Positions 8,469 through 16,712 of a stretch of 20,000 nucleotides of DNA are shown here, piece by piece. The translations under genes and the position numbers were made by a program. This DNA comes from an uncultured virus (IMG/VR IMGVR_UViG_3300016472_001095) (Duplodnaviria > Heunggongvirae > Uroviricota > Caudoviricetes), in IMG/VR virus record IMGVR_UViG_3300016472_001095; one strand, written 5' to 3'. Every line of letters starts with the position of its first letter. Within the stretch, counting starts at the first letter, position 1. The notes beneath the pieces were generated by a model. The model was not told the DNA's origin, searched no databases, and worked only from the letters and a program-made list of their open reading frames with translations.

Positions 8469-9155
8469 TTATCTCCAAGCATTATATGCAGAGAGAAAGT
8501 TAAAATAAAAATTGTTTTCATTATCTGGAGTAGTATTAGTACCTCCGCAGAAGAATTCAATTTGATCTACTGATAAATTACCATCTCCGGAAACGAGATT
8601 TACAGTTAATGCTGAGCCTGGACCTGTTCCAATTTGCTGTACAATAACAGTACCGGTAGTAGATGTTATTCTTCTATAATCAATATGAAACCCGTATCCT
8701 GCAGGATTATAGCTAAAAGTACCTGATACATTTACATACCCTTGGGTAGGAGTAAAGTACTCAAATTTATCACCTGCTATTTGAAATAAAAATTTGATTT
8801 GATTTGGGCTATCTGTGTTAGTTAAATATTTTACTCCTTTTGCTCCATTTCTATAATTAGCCCCTATTCTTACTACTGCTGTACCCCCTACCATTAAAGG
8901 AGATCTTAATGATCTATATGCACGAGCAAAGTTGTTAGTACCTTCCCCGTACATTCCAAAAGAATGACCGCTAGGTGTACTGGGAAGCCCGGTTATTATG
9001 TTACTATTGGGGGTAGATGCATAAGGAGGACCATTAAAAAACCCCACACTACTGTTACTACCTTCCTCAGCACTAGACCAGTTTTGATATCCTATCCCCC
9101 CGCTTGCAGGATCTGCAAACAAGCCGGTACCAGTATTATTATCTTCCCATGGCAT
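8469..9155 (-). CDS. Single-domain beta-rich protein homologous to two domains of 9167-12964
   Basis: SFGMYG...RAYR....L.VG......ANYRNGAKG...IEFF...ENNFYFN; TAAATA at 9161-9166, 5 nt before ATG. Confidence 0.85.
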   Translation of the reverse strand: MPWEDNNTGTGLFADPASGGIGYQNWSSAEEGSNSSVGFFNGPPYASTPNSNIITGLPSTPSGHSFGMYGEGTNNFARAYRSLRSPLMVGGTAVVRIGANYRNGAKGVKYLTNTDSPNQIKFLFQIAGDKFEYFTPTQGYVNVSGTFSYNPAGYGFHIDYRRITSTTGTVIVQQIGTGPGSALTVNLVSGDGNLSVDQIEFFCGGTNTTPDNENNFYFNFLSAYNAWR

Positions 9156-9166
9156 ATAATTATTTA

Positions 9167-12100
9167 TTAATAATAGTAGCTTACTCCGTTAAAAAAGAAG
9201 TTATTAAGTACATAAACGCTTTCTGTATTTTCCACATAAAAACTAATACCGCCTACAACACCAGTTTTTTGTACTGTATATATTTCAGATCCTCTAGAAA
9301 TACTAACATTTATTAGATTTGATGTTGGCCTGTATGCAGATAGTAAAAATACTGATAGTTGGTCATAAGCCCAGCCAAGAGGAATACCATCTAAATAATA
9401 TTCATTATTAGATGTTTCAAAATTTACTAAGAAATCAGTACAACTTGAATTTTGCCATAAATTGACACCTTTCTTTCCGTTTCTATATGCTATTGCCATA
9501 TTTGCAGACAATGAGAACCCTACACCCATAGGAGTATTTGGTGATGAATAGTATTGAAACCCTCTAAACGCTTCTACCTTATTGTTATTTTGATCCCATG
9601 CTTTTAAAAACCAGGCATACTTTGTACTTCTAGCGGGATCACGCAACGCTATATCACCCATTTTTTCAGGATCAAAATTCAATGTAGGATCTCCTATTCC
9701 CTGACTGCTATTATTAACATAACTAAAGTTCCATGGTAAAAAGTTAGTAGGAACATATGGAAGAGCTGGATTTATAAATTGTTTATTTGGATTTGCTCCT
9801 TGAACAAAATAAGGACCCCAAAGTTCTGGATTATTATTTGCAGAGTATGATCTAGCATCATCATATCCCATGTACGCGGGTGAAACAGTAGGGGTAACAG
9901 TTGGTGTGGTTGTAGGCGTTTCAGTAGGAGTAGGCGTTTCAGTGGGTGTTACTGTTGGTGTTACAGTAGGAGTCGGTGAAGGTTCAATAATTTGGTAATC
10001 TCTTGCAGCAAGAGTTGAATTTATTTGTAACGCATGCCACCCCGATACGCTATATTCAAATGTGCCCCATCCTAATTGAGTATTAGGCATTCTTATTTCT
10101 TTTAGCGAGGTAGACCCGGCTTGTAAGCTATAAACATTAAACGGACTAGATGTTATATTATAATGTAATATAAATTCATTATTTTTAAATATTACTTCAT
10201 TAGATAAAATATCAAAATTATTACCTGGAAGCTGTACGTTATAAAAATTCCAATTTATACCATCTATAGAAGAGAGTAACTTGTTGTATGTTAATGCCAT
10301 TACAAACTTATTATCTCCAAATGTAAGATTTTCACCATTACTAAGAAATGCAGTATAGTCGGATAGAGGAGATGTTGAAGTAATATATGTATCTACCCAG
10401 TTTATTCCATCATTAGAATTTAGTACTACAGGAACACCATAATTATTATTTGCAATAATAACATATTTGTTATTTCCATAATCAATATCTAAGCTTTTTG
10501 TCTTTACAGATAAAGGTAGGGTAAAGGTAAACCAGTTTTGAGCATCTAGCGAATAACATACCCTATCAGAATCGCCAATTACAGAGGTATCTGTTGAGTG
10601 AGTGGCGCCTACAAAAGCGTAATATATACCATTTACATATCTTAATTTATCATAGACAACACTAAGAGGGAGTGCAATTGTTGACCACTCATTGTTTTGA
10701 TATTTCACCAATACATTATAATAGCTAAATTTAGTAGTATAATTAACTGGGGCTAAAAGTAATTTATCTGAATTTGCTAATATTGAAGAATAACCAGTAA
10801 ACTTATCACCTGATAATGTAGGGTAGGTTAAGTAGTAATTATACCCATCAATTGAGGATAGAATTGTATTGAATGAAATAGTTTGTGATTGTGCTGCAGC
10901 GTATAATACTCCCGTACTATCACAATAACCTAAATAGTCAGGATTTATTATTATTCCGTCAACATAACTTGGTAGCCATGTTTCAATATTAGGCGTTACT
11001 GAAGGTGTCACAGTTAAAGTAGGTGTTTGCGAGGGGGTAATATAAGGTGTAGTAGTTGAGGTATTTGTCGGTGTTAATGTGGGGGTTGGAGTAGAGGTTG
11101 GTGTAGGTGTATTAGTGGGAGTAATTGAAGGTGTTTGCGAGGGGGTGAGAGTAGGTGTTACGGTAGGAGAAGAGGTTGTTGAAGGAGATGGTGTAGGGGA
11201 AGGCGGAAGAATATTAAGCGGATAATATGATATTCCATTAAAATAAAGATCATTTAATCCACCTGTTGGTGATTCTGTTCCGCTTATATAGAATTTTATA
11301 CTTCTTACAGTAGGTATTGGACCTAAATATGTAACGAATATTCTATGATTACGATTATCATTAGTTCTTGTTATACTATAAAAAATATCATTAGTACTTG
11401 GTCTGTAGGCTGAAAGAACAAATACTGAGGTTTGAATATAAGGCCACTCTAAATTAACTATACCACTTCCAACACTAAATGTATATTGATCCCCCCCTAC
11501 ATTAAAGTAGCACAGCTCTGAAGCCGCAGAAGGTGTTTCAGAAGAATAAAGAGCAATTCCTTTATTTCCATTTCTAAATGCAGCTGCGCAAGTAGCAGAT
11601 AATGACTGTCCAACTGCTAAACCAGTACTGAAAGGTCTAATTACATCACAAAACACTCCAGGGTTCACAGGAGAAGAATTTGCATAAATTCCAAATGCTT
11701 TATTACATGGAGATGAATCTACATTTCCATAATTAGAAGCCTGGCTACTAGCAATAAAGCTACCTGAATAAGAGATTCCTGGTTGCGCGTTTACTAAAGA
11801 CCATGGTTTAAATCCGCTATTAGGTAATGGGTAGCCCTGTGAACCTTCGTTTAATGAAATAAACGTCAAACCATAATTACAGGTATCATCATACCCAGCA
11901 TTTATAGTACCAATAGGTGAAACGGTAGGAGTAAGCGTAGGTGTGGCTGTTACCGTTACCGATGGTGTTACAGTTGGAGTATTTGTTGGTGTTTCAGTCA
12001 CCGTTTCTGATGGAGTCGTAGTAGGTGTTATTGTAGAAGTAGGTGTTTCTGTAGGTGTATGGGTTGGCGTTTCCGTAGGAGTAAGCGTAGGCGTTTGTGT

Positions 12101-12964
12101 TACAGTTTCTGAAGGAGATGCAGTTTGAGTATTTGTTGGTGTTTCAGTCACCGTTTCTGATGGAGTCGTAGTAGGTGTTATTGTAGAAGTAGGTGTTTCT
12201 GTAGGTGTATGGGTTGGCGTTTCCGTGAGTGTCTCCGATGTTGTAGGTGTATGAGTTGGTGTTTCCGTAGGAGTAAGCGTAGGCGTTTCTGAAGGTGTAG
12301 GTGTGGGTGTTTTAAGCTTTGTTGTAGTAGGAGTTGCAGTCACCGTTTCAGTTGGGGTAATTGAAGGCGTAGTAGTGTTAGATGGTGTATTAGACGGGGT
12401 AGATGTAGGTGTTAATGTTACAGAAGGCGTATTGGTTCTAGTAGGAGTTTGAGTTAATGTTACTGTAGGTGTAGATGTTTTAGTTATTGATGGTGTTACA
12501 GTGTTAGTATTTGAAGGTGTAGTTGTTGGCGAAATTGTTATAGAGGGTGTCAAGCTAGGTGTAATTGCGGGGGTGGGAGTGGGGGTAGCGGTTCTAGTTA
12601 GAGTGGGTGTTAAAGTCGGTACAGGAGGTAATAAGTTGCCATCAATTAGATAATTTTTATCTGAAAGTTTGGTATACCCCGCAGCATCCATAATTATTAT
12701 GTCATATATACCTGGATACAACAAATCATAAACATGTACATTAAGTTTATTATTGCTAGAAATGGTATAGTTATCGTACAAAAACCCTGTAAAATCAGCA
12801 AATGAGGCAGATAGTTTGCTATTGTAGTTAAAGGTTATTGTTGTTAAAGAATAAGTAGTAGATAAATTATTGGTACTTAAAAATATATTACTTGTGTAGT
12901 TAAAGTTATAACCTTTAAAAAACACCGTTGTCGTTGCAGCAGGAAAGTAAGTAATATAGTTCAC
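9167..12964 (-). CDS. Modular adhesin or fibre-like protein: Ig/IPT-like N-terminus, PT linkers, two RNGxKG domains, Asp-box (BNR) repeat domain
   Basis: KGYNF...[13 protein letters not shown] at the N-terminus; AFRNGNKG and AYRNGKKG domains; SLDAQNW, SNDGINW, SIDGINW repeats; GTG start 8 nt after TAAATA (12973-12978). Confidence 0.85.
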   Translation of the reverse strand: MNYITYFPAATTTVFFKGYNFNYTSNIFLSTNNLSTTYSLTTITFNYNSKLSASFADFTGFLYDNYTISSNNKLNVHVYDLLYPGIYDIIIMDAAGYTKLSDKNYLIDGNLLPPVPTLTPTLTRTATPTPTPAITPSLTPSITISPTTTPSNTNTVTPSITKTSTPTVTLTQTPTRTNTPSVTLTPTSTPSNTPSNTTTPSITPTETVTATPTTTKLKTPTPTPSETPTLTPTETPTHTPTTSETLTETPTHTPTETPTSTITPTTTPSETVTETPTNTQTASPSETVTQTPTLTPTETPTHTPTETPTSTITPTTTPSETVTETPTNTPTVTPSVTVTATPTLTPTVSPIGTINAGYDDTCNYGLTFISLNEGSQGYPLPNSGFKPWSLVNAQPGISYSGSFIASSQASNYGNVDSSPCNKAFGIYANSSPVNPGVFCDVIRPFSTGLAVGQSLSATCAAAFRNGNKGIALYSSETPSAASELCYFNVGGDQYTFSVGSGIVNLEWPYIQTSVFVLSAYRPSTNDIFYSITRTNDNRNHRIFVTYLGPIPTVRSIKFYISGTESPTGGLNDLYFNGISYYPLNILPPSPTPSPSTTSSPTVTPTLTPSQTPSITPTNTPTPTSTPTPTLTPTNTSTTTPYITPSQTPTLTVTPSVTPNIETWLPSYVDGIIINPDYLGYCDSTGVLYAAAQSQTISFNTILSSIDGYNYYLTYPTLSGDKFTGYSSILANSDKLLLAPVNYTTKFSYYNVLVKYQNNEWSTIALPLSVVYDKLRYVNGIYYAFVGATHSTDTSVIGDSDRVCYSLDAQNWFTFTLPLSVKTKSLDIDYGNNKYVIIANNNYGVPVVLNSNDGINWVDTYITSTSPLSDYTAFLSNGENLTFGDNKFVMALTYNKLLSSIDGINWNFYNVQLPGNNFDILSNEVIFKNNEFILHYNITSSPFNVYSLQAGSTSLKEIRMPNTQLGWGTFEYSVSGWHALQINSTLAARDYQIIEPSPTPTVTPTVTPTETPTPTETPTTTPTVTPTVSPAYMGYDDARSYSANNNPELWGPYFVQGANPNKQFINPALPYVPTNFLPWNFSYVNNSSQGIGDPTLNFDPEKMGDIALRDPARSTKYAWFLKAWDQNNNKVEAFRGFQYYSSPNTPMGVGFSLSANMAIAYRNGKKGVNLWQNSSCTDFLVNFETSNNEYYLDGIPLGWAYDQLSVFLLSAYRPTSNLINVSISRGSEIYTVQKTGVVGGISFYVENTESVYVLNNFFFNGVSYYY
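11977..12226. repeat. 100-nt exact direct repeat (11977-12076 and 12127-12226)
   Basis: Identical text at a 150-nt offset within the PT linker. Confidence 0.9.
12173..12299. repeat. 127-nt repeat, copy 2 (copy 1 at 7131-7257)
   Basis: See copy 1; encodes [21 protein letters not shown]...[16 protein letters not shown] in both proteins. Confidence 0.9.
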
Positions 12965-13013
12965 GTACTAATTATTTATTGATTTTTTTTGTAAATACGT
13001 CTATTATTATTAC

Positions 13014-13166
13014 ATGAGCGCAGGAAAAGGTGACAAATATAGACCCGTAAAACGTAAAGTATTTGATAATAATTATGACCAAATCAACTGGTTAAGCAAA
13101 GAGCAAAACAAAGAGATTCGAAACTACACGGTAAAAAAAGGTAAGAAGATTTATAGGTATCCTTGA
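13014..13166 (+). CDS. Small basic hypothetical phage protein (50 aa)
   Basis: Below the track cut-off: MSAGKGDKYRPVKRKVFDNNYDQINW...; promoter TTGATT(12979)-N17-TATTAT(13002)-N6-ATG. Confidence 0.8.
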   Translation: MSAGKGDKYRPVKRKVFDNNYDQINWLSKEQNKEIRNYTVKKGKKIYRYP

Positions 13167-13167
13167 T

Positions 13168-13251
13168 GCGCAAGTGGCGAAATGGCGAAACGCAAGGGAC
13201 TTAAAATCCCTTACATTAGAAACACTGTGGGTTCGAGTCCCACCTTGCGCA
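13168..13251 (+). tRNA. tRNA-Leu(UAA)
   Basis: GCGCAAG/CTTGCGC acceptor, AGGGA-CTTAAAA-TCCCT anticodon arm, GTGGG-TTCGAGT-CCCAC T arm; CCA not encoded. Confidence 0.92.
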
Positions 13252-13257
13252 TTTATC

Positions 13258-13285
13258 TTGCACTAATTTAAAAGTCCTTTATACT
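13258..13285 (+). promoter_or_regulatory. Sigma70-type promoter
   Basis: TTGCAC(13258-13263)-N16-TATACT(13280-13285)-N6-ATG. Confidence 0.75.
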
Positions 13286-13291
13286 TACGTT

Positions 13292-13585
13292 ATGGATATT
13301 GAATACCTTTTAGAACAGATTGAGTTTCATAATTCAAGCTATGAATGGATTGTAAGGGAATCTGAAAAAGTAGCATTAGAATTGAAAAAGCTTGATAAAC
13401 AAAAGAACTTTGATGCAGATGCTTACGAGGTGGTTGTAAAGCGGTTTATGGAGCTAGATAGCCGTTATAAGCGTAATAAAAAAGAATATGATGATATTGT
13501 TTCTAAAGTAAGAGAATATTTTAACGATAAACACGGTATTGATATTATTGGAATTCTTGATGGTAATGAGGATAATGCTAAATGA
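13292..13585 (+). CDS. Hypothetical helical protein
   Basis: 97-aa charged ORF with its own promoter. Confidence 0.8.
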   Translation: MDIEYLLEQIEFHNSSYEWIVRESEKVALELKKLDKQKNFDADAYEVVVKRFMELDSRYKRNKKEYDDIVSKVREYFNDKHGIDIIGILDGNEDNAK

Positions 13586-13710
13586 AACCTACAATTATAA
13601 TTTGGTCTTTAGTTATTATTGCTATTATTTTTATTAGTAGGGTTTGTAACTTTACTCCTCAAGAAGATACTGATAACCCTAACCGCCCTTATGTGGCAGG
13701 ATGTCCGTGA
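13582..13710 (+). CDS. Small single-pass membrane protein (42 aa)
   Basis: ATGA overlap with the upstream stop; MKPTIIIWSLVIIAIIFISRVCNFTPQEDTDNPNRPYVAGCP. Confidence 0.65.
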   Translation: MKPTIIIWSLVIIAIIFISRVCNFTPQEDTDNPNRPYVAGCP

Positions 13711-13742
13711 ATAGGGTTGTTCGAATACGATAGGAGGTTTAT

Positions 13743-13834
13743 GCCTCCGTCGTCTAGTGGTCAAGACACTCGGCTTATACCCGTGCTCGGCGCCAGATTA
13801 GCGCAAAACGTTGGTTCGAATCCAACCGGAGGTA
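13743..13834 (+). tRNA. tRNA with UAU anticodon (Ile by anticodon) and a long variable arm
   Basis: GCCTCCG/CGGAGGT acceptor, GTCT/AGAC D stem, CTCGG-CTTATAC-CCGTG anticodon arm (one U-U mismatch), 24-nt variable region, GTTGG-TTCGAAT-CCAAC T arm. Confidence 0.85.
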
Positions 13835-13843
13835 AGTTTAGAC

Positions 13844-13920
13844 GTGCCTGTAGCTCAATTGTCTAGAGCAGCGCTCTTCTAAAGCGCAGGTTGCAGGTTA
13901 GATTCCTGCCAGGCACGCCA
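13844..13920 (+). tRNA. tRNA-Arg(UCU)
   Basis: GTGCCTG/CAGGCAC acceptor, GCGCT-CTTCTAA-AGCGC anticodon arm, GCAGG-TTAGATT-CCTGC T arm, encoded CCA. Confidence 0.9.
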
Positions 13921-13933
13921 TATATAATATGTT

Positions 13934-14020
13934 GGACAGATGGCTGAGCGGTTTAAAGCGTCCGCCTTGAGAGCGGAAGAGGTTTAAAAGCCTCCGTGGG
14001 TTCAAATCCTACTCTGTCCG
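13934..14020 (+). tRNA. tRNA-Ser(UGA)
   Basis: GGACAGA/TCTGTCC acceptor, TCCGC-CTTGAGA-GCGGA anticodon arm, paired long variable arm, G73. Confidence 0.93.
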
Positions 14021-14030
14021 AATTCCGAAT

Positions 14031-14112
14031 TCCTAGGTGGCGGAATGGTAGACGCACCGGACTGTAAATCTCTTGGCTTACGCCTTCAGTGGTTCGAATC
14101 CACTTCTGCCCA
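14031..14112 (+). pseudogene. Chimeric pseudo-tRNA (Leu-type 5' half, Tyr(GUA) 3' half)
   Basis: D arm, variable arm and T arm each pair internally, but acceptor (TCCTAGG/TCTGCCC) and anticodon (CCGGA/TCTCT) stems are mismatched. Confidence 0.75.
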
Positions 14113-14120
14113 CTATTTAC

Positions 14121-14128
14121 TATAAATA
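14121..14128 (+). promoter_or_regulatory. T4-type late promoter TATAAATA
   Basis: Exact T4 gp55 consensus, 5 nt before ATG 14134. Confidence 0.85.
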
Positions 14129-14133
14129 TTTAA

Positions 14134-15264
14134 ATGGCCGATGTCAAGATATCACAGCTGTCTACTAAAACAGATTTAGCCACAACGAATTATATACCTA
14201 TTTCAGATAATACAACTACCACAAAAATAGGAACTGATAGTTTATTTGGTTTTAGAAATAAAATCATTAATGGTGATATGCGTATTGATCAACGAAATGC
14301 AGGAGCTGCATTAGTAGTTAATCCACCTTCTACAGCAGTATATTCTTTAGATAGATGGGGAGTAAGAATTACTAATTCAAACACCGCCTCACCAAATTCA
14401 CTATATGCACAAAGGGTTGCAGGTGATATTAGTTCTCCTTACGCGATAAGATTATCTAAAATATCTGGTACCTCTACAGGTCAAATTGCTATATTACAGC
14501 CATTTGAAAGTATTGAAAGCACTCCTCTTGCTGGAAAAACTGTAACATTAAGCTTTAGAGCTCGCAAAGGCAGTTCATTCACAGGAGCAGGCATAAACAG
14601 TACTGCTACTCCGTCTGTTCAAATATTCTCCGGAACAGGAACCGATCAAACATTAGAACAAGCATATCAAGCAGGATGGGCAAATCAAAATTATTTTTAT
14701 AATACCAATACAGGGAGTGTTTTAAACGGCACGTTAACAACTTCTTTTTCTCTTTTTATAGCAACAGGAGTAGTTCCTTCAAACGCTACTCAAATAGGAG
14801 TACAAATTGGGACGGGATTATTTTCGTCTGCTACAGGAGATTCAAATAACTATCTTGATATAGCTGATGTACAACTTGAAGTAGGTTCAACAGCAACCCC
14901 TTTTGAGCGAAGACCTGTTGGTTTAGAATTAGCGTTATGTCAAAGATATTATATAAATTATGATGCAGGACCCGGGCCGCTAGGAGCGCTTTATTTAGGA
15001 GCACATTTCTTAAACGGTAATACACAAACTACATCTGTATCATTTCCTGTTACAATGAGAACGTCTCCTACTCCAGGTTGGGGTACCCTCGCAGGGGTTT
15101 GGTGGAACGGAACTAATAGCTCACAATTAAACGCAACCTCTCCATTTAGTCTTATAATTACTTCTCCTATGAATTTTCAAATTGGCACAACTGGTAATCC
15201 AGGCAATATAAGCCCAGCTATTATAAGGCTTTATGGTGCATGTAACTTTTCTGCAGAATTATAA
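14134..15264 (+). CDS. Tail fibre-like protein with carbohydrate-binding-type domain
   Basis: FRNKIINGDMRIDQR...YSLDRW...VQLEVGSTATPFERRP.G.ELALCQRYY, a motif set typical of aquatic phage fibre proteins; N-terminus MADVKISQL. Confidence 0.8.
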   Translation: MADVKISQLSTKTDLATTNYIPISDNTTTTKIGTDSLFGFRNKIINGDMRIDQRNAGAALVVNPPSTAVYSLDRWGVRITNSNTASPNSLYAQRVAGDISSPYAIRLSKISGTSTGQIAILQPFESIESTPLAGKTVTLSFRARKGSSFTGAGINSTATPSVQIFSGTGTDQTLEQAYQAGWANQNYFYNTNTGSVLNGTLTTSFSLFIATGVVPSNATQIGVQIGTGLFSSATGDSNNYLDIADVQLEVGSTATPFERRPVGLELALCQRYYINYDAGPGPLGALYLGAHFLNGNTQTTSVSFPVTMRTSPTPGWGTLAGVWWNGTNSSQLNATSPFSLIITSPMNFQIGTTGNPGNISPAIIRLYGACNFSAEL

Positions 15265-15291
15265 CAGTTGTAATTGAACAATATTTTTTCA

Positions 15292-15297
15292 TAAATA
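15292..15297 (+). promoter_or_regulatory. Late promoter core TAAATA
   Basis: 5 nt before ATG 15303. Confidence 0.75.
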
Positions 15298-15302
15298 TTT
15301 AA

Positions 15303-16028
15303 ATGGTAGAATTAGAGTTTACAGGGGGTAGATTGGGAGATAGAATGTTTGAATATGCATTTGGAAGAATAATAGCTGAAAACCTTGGATTTGCTTATAA
15401 ACCTAAAATGGATAGTAATTTTTTAACTCCTTTTAATTTAACAGAAGTACCTGGAGAGATTTATGATGAACCAGTTCAAAATGTTTGCGGAAGACAAACA
15501 TATGAATATAATTTGCTTAATAAGATTTGTGAAAATAAAGAAAAAAGAAAAATAAGAATTCAAGGTTTTTTTCATTTATATGAATACTATAAAGATTATA
15601 TGCATAAAATAAAACAGTGGTATAGGTTAGAACCGAAAAAAGAATTAATAAAAAACGCAGTGGGCGTTCATATAAGAAATACAGATTACCCTATTGAATG
15701 GAGAAATAAGCCCGAATATTATATAGAAATTCTTAAAAAAGAATCTCCTGAAAAAATTTATATTACATCAGATGAACATGGCCATGAATCAGTTCAAAAT
15801 ATATTGAACAATTTTCCTCAAGCAGAAATATATAATAACCCTTGCGCTTATGGAACTATGTCGGACTTCTCTCAATTAAAAACTCTTATACTCAGTAATG
15901 GGAGTTTTAGCTTTTGGATGGGTATATTGAGTAATGCTGAAAAAATATATGGTCCTAGTAACTGTGTTATACCTAAATATATAGATCTTATTGTATATGA
16001 TGATAGTAGGTATAAATATCTAAAATGA
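15303..16028 (+). CDS. Glycosyltransferase family 11 (alpha-1,2-fucosyltransferase-like)
   Basis: GGRLGDRMFEYA, IQGFF, VGVHIRNTDY, ILSNGSFSFW occur in GT11 motif order. Confidence 0.8.
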   Translation: MVELEFTGGRLGDRMFEYAFGRIIAENLGFAYKPKMDSNFLTPFNLTEVPGEIYDEPVQNVCGRQTYEYNLLNKICENKEKRKIRIQGFFHLYEYYKDYMHKIKQWYRLEPKKELIKNAVGVHIRNTDYPIEWRNKPEYYIEILKKESPEKIYITSDEHGHESVQNILNNFPQAEIYNNPCAYGTMSDFSQLKTLILSNGSFSFWMGILSNAEKIYGPSNCVIPKYIDLIVYDDSRYKYLK

Positions 16029-16642
16029 TTATAGATTTAAAAACAGTGTTACAAGAAAATAGTATTATTCCTAAAGGGGTTATACATGTGGGTGGTTATA
16101 ATGGTGAAGAAATTTTTGAATATAAAGATTTAGGCATTAATAATATGGCGATTTTTGAGCCTCAAAAAAATTTATACGAGCAAATCCTGTTAAAAAAAGG
16201 ATTAGACGAGAATATATTAGCTTATAACTTTGGACTGGGGTCAAAAACAACAAAGCAAAAAATGTATAAATCTATAAACTTTGAAGCAGCTTCTTCTTTT
16301 TTACAGCCTAGTAAAGTTTTATCTCTTTACCCCGGTCTTATATTTGAAGAAACACTAGAAGAATTTGAAATACATAAAATGGATGATGTTATAAAAAACA
16401 AGAATCTATATAACATTTTAAATATAGATGTTCAAGGGTTTGAGCTAGAAGTATTAAGAGGCGGAGAGGAAACTTTAAAAAATATTGAAGTAATAATTTG
16501 CGAGGTAAATAGGGATTATTTGTATAATAATAATGCTCAAATACATGAAATAGATGAATTTTTATCTGCATTTAAATTTAAAAGATTGATAGTCAACTGG
16601 ATAGGCGATCTATGGGGTGATGCTTGTTATATAAAATGTTGA
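16025..16642 (+). CDS. FkbM-family SAM-dependent methyltransferase
   Basis: VIHVGGYNGEE, IFEP, LNIDVQGFELEVLRG, ICEVN, WGDACY; ATGA-coupled to the GT11 gene. Confidence 0.92.
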   Translation: MIIDLKTVLQENSIIPKGVIHVGGYNGEEIFEYKDLGINNMAIFEPQKNLYEQILLKKGLDENILAYNFGLGSKTTKQKMYKSINFEAASSFLQPSKVLSLYPGLIFEETLEEFEIHKMDDVIKNKNLYNILNIDVQGFELEVLRGGEETLKNIEVIICEVNRDYLYNNNAQIHEIDEFLSAFKFKRLIVNWIGDLWGDACYIKC

Positions 16643-16675
16643 TAATCAAGATATAAAAATATTTCAAAAAAATAG

Positions 16676-16703
16676 TTGACTGTTCCGCATTTTCAGCCAT
16701 AAT
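16676..16703 (+). promoter_or_regulatory. Sigma70-type promoter
   Basis: TTGACT(16676-16681)-N16-CATAAT(16698-16703), 9 nt before ATG 16713. Confidence 0.7.
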
Positions 16704-16712
16704 ATATGGACA

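Noticed and set aside
30..12128. Val/Gly-rich plus-strand ORFs (30-251, 264-668, 7099-7299, 7645-8058, 11943-12128)
   Set aside because: Antisense shadows of ACN/CCN codons in the PT-repeat genes.
7131..12299. Diversity-generating retroelement TR/VR pair
   Set aside because: The six mismatches are not adenine-specific on either strand, both copies are in coding linkers, and no reverse transcriptase is present in the window.
6890..12620. CRISPR array
   Set aside because: The repeats are codon-periodic coding sequence with no constant repeat and unique spacer pattern.
13711..13735. Extra tRNA suggested by GTTCGAAT
   Set aside because: No proper T stem, D arm or acceptor stem around it.
14031..14112. 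Functional tRNA-Tyr(GUA)
   Set aside because: Three acceptor and two anticodon-stem positions cannot pair; recorded as a chimera instead.
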